Made by a program: the position numbers and the translations under genes. A DNA stretch of 22,248 nucleotides from Promethearchaeota archaeon (GTDB lineage Archaea; Asgardarchaeota; Thorarchaeia; Thorarchaeales; Thorarchaeaceae), in the NCBI GenBank assembly GCA_014728035.1, contig WJMJ01000171.1, positions 1-22,248 on the forward strand, written 5' to 3'. Positions 16,242 through 22,248 of this stretch are shown here, in pieces (positions within the stretch are counted from its first letter, which is position 1; every line of letters begins with the position of its first letter). Under the pieces are notes generated by a model. That model had not been told where the DNA came from. It saw nothing but the letters and a program-made list of their open reading frames with translations, and made no database searches.

Positions 16242-17552
16242 ATGAGTGAAATGAGAACAGTACGTGGTATGAGAGACCTTATGGGTTCTGAAATGCGAGT
16301 CAAAGACTATTTGGTTCAAACAGTCACTGAAGTCTTCCAGTTATTCGGATACGAGTCATTAGATTCTCCGGTAATGGAATTGTGGGACACTCTCTCTGCG
16401 AAAGGTGGAGAGGAAGTTGAAGCAGAAGTATTCAAATTCAAAGACAAAGGCGACAGAGAAATTGGAATGCGGTTTGATTTAACCGTACCACTTGCGCGAA
16501 TTGTATCGTCTAATCCACATCTTCCAAAACCATTCAAACGATATGCTGTGGGAAAAGCATGGAGGTATGATAGACCCCAAGCAGGTAGATATCGGGAATT
16601 CATGCAGGCTGATGTTGATGTGATTGGATCTAACAGCCCAGTAGCTGATGCTGAGGTCGTATTAGTAGCACTTGAAGCACTTCGCAGGCTTTTAGGTAGC
16701 GAATATCGAGTCAGAATCAACAGCAGAAAAGTGCTGAAAGGTTTGACCGAGAGTGCTGGAGTACCTGATAATCTTGCATTTGAATGCTTTAGAGCAATCG
16801 ATAAGCTTGACAAGATAGGTCAAGGAGGAGTTATGGAGGAACTCGAAGAGAGGGGTATTGGAGATTCACAAAGTCAATACCTTCTTGATGCCATTACTCT
16901 CCATGGAAGTGGTTCGACTATTCTTGAGGAATTCATGAATGTAATGAAAGGCTCTATAATAGGAGAAGAAGGAGTCAAAGAACTTGAGGTTATGGCGAAC
17001 ATTTTTGACGAGTGTGATCTATCCGACCAAATAAGATTTGACCTATCATTAGCACGAGGTCTCGACTACTACACAGGACCAGTCTTTGAGGTTTCATATC
17101 TTGGAGAACCACAAGTTGGTTCAATCGGTGGTGGAGGAAGATACGATCATTTAATAGAAAAATTTGGGGGGCCTTCAACTCCAGCAACAGGAATATCTCT
17201 GGGTATTGACCGGCTTCTAGATATTCTACTTGCTAGAAAAGTTGACGACAAAATGGAATCCCCCATAAGTGTGTTTATCGCACCAATAAAACAACCGATG
17301 GTCAAATATGGAATGAAAATTCGGGAACAATTGGTCAAAGTAGGAATACCTTGTGAGATAGACCTGATGGACAGACCACTTGGGAAATTACTCAGTCTCG
17401 CAGATGATAGAGGTGCAAGTTATACAATAATTATTGGAAACAGGGATCTCAAAAAGAACGAAGTGTCTCTACGAGACATGTCAACCAAGGAGACCGAACA
17501 AGTACAGATTGAGAACATCATTCCTAGAATGAAAAGTTTACTTGGAAAATAA
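16242..17552 (+). CDS. hisS: Histidine--tRNA ligase (class IIa)
   Basis: VRGMRDL near the N-terminus. Motif 2-like FRYDRPQAGRYREFMQ. GGGRYD motif 3 region. C-terminal anticodon-binding domain (VFIAP...IIIGNRDL). I prefer ATG 16242 (GGAG 11 nt upstream) to the GTG at 16185 used in the ORF track. Confidence 0.95.
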   Translation: MSEMRTVRGMRDLMGSEMRVKDYLVQTVTEVFQLFGYESLDSPVMELWDTLSAKGGEEVEAEVFKFKDKGDREIGMRFDLTVPLARIVSSNPHLPKPFKRYAVGKAWRYDRPQAGRYREFMQADVDVIGSNSPVADAEVVLVALEALRRLLGSEYRVRINSRKVLKGLTESAGVPDNLAFECFRAIDKLDKIGQGGVMEELEERGIGDSQSQYLLDAITLHGSGSTILEEFMNVMKGSIIGEEGVKELEVMANIFDECDLSDQIRFDLSLARGLDYYTGPVFEVSYLGEPQVGSIGGGGRYDHLIEKFGGPSTPATGISLGIDRLLDILLARKVDDKMESPISVFIAPIKQPMVKYGMKIREQLVKVGIPCEIDLMDRPLGKLLSLADDRGASYTIIIGNRDLKKNEVSLRDMSTKETEQVQIENIIPRMKSLLGK

Positions 17553-17562
17553 TTGGGACTTT

Positions 17563-17602
17563 GAGCAGTCCACTGACTGCTCTCTTTCCCAAAGCCTTTT
17601 TT
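17563..17602 (+). terminator. Hairpin plus T-tract after hisS
   Basis: Perfect 8-bp stem GAGCAGTC (17563-17570) / GACTGCTC (17575-17582) with loop CACT, followed downstream by CCTTTTTT (17595-17602). Confidence 0.5.
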
Positions 17603-17624
17603 CATATCTTGTGATAAGTAATAT

Positions 17625-18461
17625 ATGACGCGAATGCCGGTAGTAGCTGGAAGATTTTACGAGGGGACTGAAGAGACTCTGATGCCGAGACTAAAAGAAA
17701 GTTTTTTGAAAAATCTCGGGCCGGGAAGACTTCCCGAGGGTCCACCTGGAGATTCTGATCAAATCAAAGCATTAGTTGCTCCGCATGCAGGGTATGTATA
17801 TTCTGGCATGACCGCAGCTCATAGTTACATCAGATTATTTGAAGACCAAGTACCAGAACATCTAGTAGTTTTAGGACCAAATCATACAGGAGTCGGGAAG
17901 ACAGTGGCGATTTGTGAGGACGATTGGAAGACCCCTCTTGGCATAGTATCATACGATACTGAATTGGGGCCTGCAATCATCAAGGAAGACAAGTATGCTG
18001 AATCGGACTGTATCGCACATAGTTCGGAACATTCTATTGAAGTTCAGTTACCCTTCCTTCAATACATATACGGAGGTCTTAGTTTTGTTCCAATCTGCTT
18101 GGGAACCAGGAGATATGATATATGCGAGTCACTTGGATTGACCTTAGCAAAATTAGCAGAAGATATGAATATCACAGTTATTGCCAGTTCAGATTTCACA
18201 CATTTTGAATCAGCTGAGAGTGCAAAAAAGAAGGATAATCAAGCAATGGAATATCTTGAGTTTCTAGATGCTGAAGGATTCCTCGAATTCATTAACAGTC
18301 ACAAAGTAAGTGTTTGTGGCGCTGCACCAATCACCGTTGCAACAGTCTTCGCAAAAGAAATGGGAGCTACTAGATTCAACCTTCTCAAATACACTAACTC
18401 TGGAGATGTTACCGGAAATAAGAATGATGTTGTAGCATATGTTGCAGCCGAATATATCTAG
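17625..18461 (+). CDS. MEMO1-family protein (AmmeMemoRadiSam system protein B family)
   Basis: 278 aa. The protein starts MPVVAGRFY, then has APHAGYVYSG, LGPNH and HS.E.QLPFLQ, and ends with DVVAYVAA, all hallmarks of the Memo family. Confidence 0.9.
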   Translation: MTRMPVVAGRFYEGTEETLMPRLKESFLKNLGPGRLPEGPPGDSDQIKALVAPHAGYVYSGMTAAHSYIRLFEDQVPEHLVVLGPNHTGVGKTVAICEDDWKTPLGIVSYDTELGPAIIKEDKYAESDCIAHSSEHSIEVQLPFLQYIYGGLSFVPICLGTRRYDICESLGLTLAKLAEDMNITVIASSDFTHFESAESAKKKDNQAMEYLEFLDAEGFLEFINSHKVSVCGAAPITVATVFAKEMGATRFNLLKYTNSGDVTGNKNDVVAYVAAEYI

Positions 18462-19759
18462 TCATTACCCGATTCGTCATCGGTTTCACACATACCTTCC
18501 AATTGCACATCTCGTGGGAGACCAATTCCTCCGGCGATAGCTCCAAAGAACGACACCATGGAAGCAACTCCAAGAGCAGATATTGAATCTCCTGAAGTAT
18601 CGAACAAATATCCACCAAGAAGTGGACCTACAACATAAGCACTATTGCTAACAGCTCCAAATGCACCCATAACACTTCCATACACACGGTCATCACACAG
18701 ATCCCCAATTAGTGCTTGAATAGTTGGCCCTCTCATTGATATTGCAACTCCAAGAATCATTCCAGCTATATAGAATCCTACTACATCCGTTGCTATCATA
18801 AAAAGAAATAATGAAATTCCACCCATTGTAGCTCCGGCCACAATAAGCCATTTTCTTCCAACCTTGTCAGATATTTTACCAAACCCGATGTTACCAGCAA
18901 TCGTGATAATGCCAATAATTCCAAAGAATACCCCAATCTCGATAGGCTCTATTCCAAATCGTTGTACAGCATCTAACATGAATGCAACCTCCAGTATTCC
19001 GAAGGCAAACATATTGGCAAACATTGAAACAGCCAATGTGAAGTATGCCTTTGGTTGTTGCTGGAATACTTGGACGACGGAAATCTCATCAGATTTGGGA
19101 GGTGCAGCCATTCGTTTTACAGACTGAGGAGGTTCCGAAATGAGAATCTGAATCGCAATAACTGTGAAGAATGTGCCTATAGCTGCGATTACAAATGGTA
19201 GACGGATCCCTAAGAATTGAGCTAACACTCCACCAAGAGTTGGTCCAATCACAAACCCAACCATATTTCCAGTGCTAAGATACCCCATAGCAGTACCTCT
19301 GTTCTCAGGTGTGGTTAAATCGGACACATATGCATTTGCTGCTGGATAAAATCCAGCTGAAACCGCACCTTCCAATGCCCTAGCTCCAATCATCACGAAT
19401 ATTGTTTCAGCAGAAGCATAAATCAGATTTGCAATTGCAAAACCAATAAGAGCTCCGAGAAGCACTGGTTTTCTTCCTACTTTATCAGATAATCCTCCCA
19501 TTGGACCAGCAAGGAAGATTCTAGTAAGAGCAAATGATGCAGCGAGAACGCCTAGTTCAAGTGCTCCAACTCCCAAAGCATCAATATAGAAGGGGAAAAT
19601 AGGAGTTACTATACCAAACCCGATTTGCAAAATGCAAAGGGATAGAGCCAACATAACTACTTGACGAATACCACTTGGTTCAATAGGAGAAGCATCAGAT
19701 ATGACTTCTGCACTAGAAACCGATGTGGAGTTTCCTTCAAGAGAATCATCTAGCCCCAT
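18458..19759 (-). CDS. MFS transporter (12-TM, drug/metabolite exporter-like)
   Basis: 433 aa. MFS motif A appears twice (GGLSDKVGRKPVLL and GKISDKVGRKWLIV), and the protein has about 12 hydrophobic helices. Confidence 0.9.
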   Translation of the reverse strand: MGLDDSLEGNSTSVSSAEVISDASPIEPSGIRQVVMLALSLCILQIGFGIVTPIFPFYIDALGVGALELGVLAASFALTRIFLAGPMGGLSDKVGRKPVLLGALIGFAIANLIYASAETIFVMIGARALEGAVSAGFYPAANAYVSDLTTPENRGTAMGYLSTGNMVGFVIGPTLGGVLAQFLGIRLPFVIAAIGTFFTVIAIQILISEPPQSVKRMAAPPKSDEISVVQVFQQQPKAYFTLAVSMFANMFAFGILEVAFMLDAVQRFGIEPIEIGVFFGIIGIITIAGNIGFGKISDKVGRKWLIVAGATMGGISLFLFMIATDVVGFYIAGMILGVAISMRGPTIQALIGDLCDDRVYGSVMGAFGAVSNSAYVVGPLLGGYLFDTSGDSISALGVASMVSFFGAIAGGIGLPRDVQLEGMCETDDESGND

Positions 19760-19820
19760 GGGTAAAAACGCCTAATGAGAACGACAGCAAATTCTTTTTC
19801 AACTTTGTCTAATGGTTGGT

Positions 19821-20345
19821 TCAGCGATTGATAATAACTCGGCTAACACCATTTATTTCAGCTAATGTCTCAATAATAGCCCCAGACAAAGGTTCCTGGG
19901 TTATAACCTTCAGACATGGCTCAGGATAGATTTCCATATCTTCAGCAATGACTTGGCGGATCGGAATCCCATAGCCTGCAATAGTTGAAGTAACTTCAGA
20001 AACTATTCCGGGATTTTCCGGAGATTTGACATAAATTGTTATGAAGCCATATCCAAGAACTTCACTAACTTTTTCCAAAGAGGGCCCGGCTGGTTCTATT
20101 CTGGAAAAAAAGGCGTATAATTTCTTAGCTTTTTCACTATGCTTCGAGCAAATATCTTCTGTGGTTGCTCGAACAGTTCTTCTATCAATATCAAGTGCAT
20201 CAGCTAGAGATTTCAATGGGATTTTTACTGATCGACATTGAATTCTTCCTGTATCTACGACCTTGAAGCCATGCCGAATTATGGCTTGTGCTACTTGGAG
20301 TCTCTGAGGCGAATCTCTGAAAAAATCTGCAATTTCATCCCACAT
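19821..20345 (-). CDS. HTH + ACT-domain putative regulator (COG2150-like regulator of amino acid metabolism)
   Basis: 174 aa. The N-terminus has an HTH-like segment LKSLADALDIDRRTVRATTEDI. The C-terminus has a beta-alpha-beta-beta-alpha-beta ACT-like segment ITIYVKSPENPGIVSEVTSTIAGYGIPIRQV. Confidence 0.65.
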   Translation of the reverse strand: MWDEIADFFRDSPQRLQVAQAIIRHGFKVVDTGRIQCRSVKIPLKSLADALDIDRRTVRATTEDICSKHSEKAKKLYAFFSRIEPAGPSLEKVSEVLGYGFITIYVKSPENPGIVSEVTSTIAGYGIPIRQVIAEDMEIYPEPCLKVITQEPLSGAIIETLAEINGVSRVIINR

Positions 20346-20445
20346 TTATCTCTCACAACACTTGATTTGAAGATGTAATACTATAATCATTTTGCAATAT
20401 CAATTTTAGGAATAAAGAACTAAGACACTAAATTGACTTGGAGTG

Positions 20446-20976
20446 TTATACCAGTAATTTCTCCATCAATATCTCATCAACAAATCCATACTCCATGTTA
20501 AAATGATCCTTCCGAACACCAACATTCCGGTATCCAACTGATTCATACAATGCTCGAGCAACTTCGTTATCGTGAAAGGTACTCAGGATGATTTTGAAGT
20601 ATCCAACCTGTTTAGCTGCGTACTCTGAAGATACCATTAACGAGTGTCCAACTCCTATATGACGGTACTCTTTTAGAACAATAATGCCCAACTTTGCTAC
20701 ATGTTTTGATGCCATCCATTCTTCTGGTTGCAAGGTTATATGTCCCGCATATTCACCATCAACCTCAGCAAGCATGAGGATATCTCTAGTACGATACGTT
20801 CGTTGAATCCAATTAACCCAATCAGCTACTGAAGCACTAACTCTGAAAGTTGGAAGCCATTTTCCTTCTTCAACAACAGATCCAAAACCGTCATGAAGAT
20901 TTTTTGCGTCCTCAGGTCTAGCATGACGAACAATTACTGTTCGACCATCTTTTAGTGAATATTCCCAAGAACTCAA
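20446..20976 (-). CDS. GNAT-family N-acetyltransferase
   Basis: 176 aa. IVRHARPEDA, then VLKEYRHIGVGHSLM (acetyl-CoA-binding Q/RxxGxG/A-like) and ARALYESVGY. The TTG start at 20976 is supported by GAGGT 7 nt upstream. Confidence 0.8.
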   Translation of the reverse strand: MSSWEYSLKDGRTVIVRHARPEDAKNLHDGFGSVVEEGKWLPTFRVSASVADWVNWIQRTYRTRDILMLAEVDGEYAGHITLQPEEWMASKHVAKLGIIVLKEYRHIGVGHSLMVSSEYAAKQVGYFKIILSTFHDNEVARALYESVGYRNVGVRKDHFNMEYGFVDEILMEKLLV

Positions 20977-21037
20977 ACACTTGACCTCAAACTTTCACGA
21001 TTATTCCTAAGAAAAAGGATTGCGGTGTGTAACTTTC

Positions 21038-21862
21038 CTAATGGGTATCGATACGTGGCACGTCAACACGAATCCCAGGACAAGGTAACGAACAAGCGTA
21101 TACTCGATCTAATTCCACATATGCCAATTTTTTATCAATTTCACGAAACGTTCCTTTTACTTGAAAAGCAGCAGGTTCTAAAGTAACCAAGGAAATTGCT
21201 ACGCGGGTTCCATCTTTGATGCTATATCCTCGTCTTCGTTCTTCGTGTCGCATTACTGTCAAATGATTACTCGATGCGGGATAGACTCCGAATTCTGGAA
21301 AGGCAATAGGATATCCATCATCTGATACAAAGGATATTACACGTACAGAGGTCATTTGTGAGAAACGGCTCTGAACATTGTAAGGTAAATTTCCTTCTCT
21401 AGCCAATCTCGACGGTATCTTTCTCGAAGACAGTCTTGCTCCTAGGTATGATCGTAAAACTGAGAATTTGGAGAGTTTGATATTTTTCGAGATTTCTTTA
21501 GGGATTGCAGTACCAGCAAATCGAGCATTTGTATATTGACTATAACGAAACAATGGAGTCATTGCTATGAATTCGTAAATCTCATCATTTCGATGAAATC
21601 CCTCGAAATCAGCTCGAATCAACCAACTGTCCAAGTCAGTGGTCATTACCAGTATCCCAAGTTCATGATTTCCAGCCTCAAGATTCATCCTAGTCTTATA
21701 GGTTAGAAAATCTCCATATACTAGAGTTGTTTCATCATATTTGGTCCAAGATGTGATGAATGAAATGTTTGGCTCGCCATCACTATCTTTCGTTGCGAGA
21801 AACTTTGGAGTTTCTAGTATTGCAAGAGTAGCATCTAATTTTTCAGGAAAATCAACGCTCAT
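21038..21862 (-). CDS. Tandem split-barrel (PNPOx/flavin-reductase-like) domain protein, function unknown
   Basis: 274 aa. Each half has the pattern typical of pyridoxamine-5-phosphate-oxidase-like FMN-binding barrels (FLATKDSDGEPNISFITSW...LVYGDF in the first, VISFVSDDGYPIAFP in the second). Its start overlaps the radical SAM stop (ATGA). The assignment is by eye only. Confidence 0.5.
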   Translation of the reverse strand: MSVDFPEKLDATLAILETPKFLATKDSDGEPNISFITSWTKYDETTLVYGDFLTYKTRMNLEAGNHELGILVMTTDLDSWLIRADFEGFHRNDEIYEFIAMTPLFRYSQYTNARFAGTAIPKEISKNIKLSKFSVLRSYLGARLSSRKIPSRLAREGNLPYNVQSRFSQMTSVRVISFVSDDGYPIAFPEFGVYPASSNHLTVMRHEERRRGYSIKDGTRVAISLVTLEPAAFQVKGTFREIDKKLAYVELDRVYACSLPCPGIRVDVPRIDTH

Positions 21863-22248
21863 AGGTTTCTACCGCCTTGAATTTTTTGAGATGATTTAGA
21901 ATCCCGTAATGTCATCCCAGACCAGATCACATTTTTCACTCCTTCTTCACGAGCAATACCAGCTAATTCCTCCATCCTCTCTTGTGAAACCAATTCGGAG
22001 TCTTTTAGTGGATAACCAAGTCCTAGAAGAGTGTATTTCTCGATACACATTCGATTGAATGCGAGTAAATCGAATCGCTCCACAGTTACAAGTTTTTCAG
22101 TTATGAAAGCAGCTATTCTCTTAATGTTCTCACTGTTATCTGTGTATCCTGGAATCACCGGTGTTCGAATCCACATTGGAATTCCGTGTCTTGAAATAGC
22201 AACTGCGTTTTCCAGAATACGATGCAAATCTCCACCAGTATGAGACTT
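21859..22248 (-). CDS. Radical SAM enzyme, glycyl-radical-enzyme-activase (PflA)-like, C-terminal part only (5' end beyond window)
   Basis: The frame stays open to the window edge (KSHTGGDLHRILENAV...). WIRTPVIPGYTDNSENI...VERFDLLAFNRMCIEKYTLLGLGYPL parallels the PflA-family C-terminus (W.R.V.VPG..D......E.L.LLPYH..G..KY..LG..Y.L). The N-terminal CxxxCxxC cluster is not in the window. Confidence 0.7.
   Translation of the reverse strand, partial: KSHTGGDLHRILENAVAISRHGIPMWIRTPVIPGYTDNSENIKRIAAFITEKLVTVERFDLLAFNRMCIEKYTLLGLGYPLKDSELVSQERMEELAGIAREEGVKNVIWSGMTLRDSKSSQKIQGGRNL

Noticed and set aside
16316-16813. A 165-aa minus-strand ORF
   Set aside because: It is antisense to the well-supported hisS gene. 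It has no motifs, and its Ser/Leu-rich content marks it as a shadow ORF. The same reasoning applies to 2291..2686, 8517..8879, 10711..10935, 12055..12324, 15755..15979 and the other short overlapping ORFs.
22160-22174. A tRNA T-arm-like sequence, GGTGTTCGAATCCAC
   Set aside because: It lies inside the radical SAM coding frame (encoding WIRTPV). No acceptor, D or anticodon arms can be drawn around it.
17625-22248. The MEMO1-family gene plus the nearby radical SAM gene as an AmmeMemoRadiSam system
   Set aside because: The radical SAM C-terminus follows the glycyl-radical-activase pattern (LLAFN..C.EKY..LG..YPL). It does not follow the pattern I associate with the AmmeMemoRadiSam radical SAM enzyme. 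No AMMECR1 gene is present, and the two genes are 3.4 kb apart on opposite strands. An HMM search with TIGR04337 would settle it.
1-22248. CRISPR arrays, IS elements, integrases, and rRNA or tRNA genes
   Set aside because: I searched by eye for regularly spaced repeats, terminal inverted repeats and conserved RNA motifs and found none. The only repeats are the short ones reported above.

Overview
This is a gene-dense archaeal chromosomal segment with about 24 protein genes. By eye I found no rRNA, tRNA, CRISPR array, transposase or integrase. The archaeal assignment rests on a group II chaperonin (thermosome), Rpo6/RpoK, a Fap7-type kinase, a Naa10/Ard1-type N-acetyltransferase and a COG2150-like HTH-ACT regulator; I cannot assign a phylum. 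Other housekeeping genes are HisRS, a DUF89 phosphatase, a MEMO1-family protein, an MgtC/DUF4010 membrane protein and an MFS transporter. I cannot point to one clearly novel system. The regions most worth follow-up are these. (1) A single-gene low-GC island (about 30% GC against about 45-50% in its flanks, from hand-counted samples) encodes an 811-aa Eco57I/TaqI-type N6-adenine DNA methyltransferase. Its roughly 235-aa N-terminal domain is unassigned and no partner genes are present, so it is either a single-chain type IIG-like RM enzyme or an orphan methylase. (2) A cell-surface gene cluster at 1-3272 is bracketed by two paralogous 4-TM proteins. It contains a Cys-rich NosD-like beta-helix protein and a divergent gene pair driven from a mirror-symmetric promoter. 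(3) The RpoK gene carries an unusual N-terminal Lys-rich, helix-hairpin-helix and Arg-run extension. (4) A co-directional minus-strand set runs off the right edge: a glycyl-radical-activase-like radical SAM gene, translationally coupled to a tandem split-barrel protein, then GNAT, HTH-ACT regulator and MFS exporter. Several smaller sequence-level oddities are listed separately: palindromes, tandem motifs, an unusually long 400-nt gap with a Shine-Dalgarno (SD)-preceded 58-codon ORF, and hairpin plus T-tract terminators. All functional calls come from motif recognition by eye, with no database searches.
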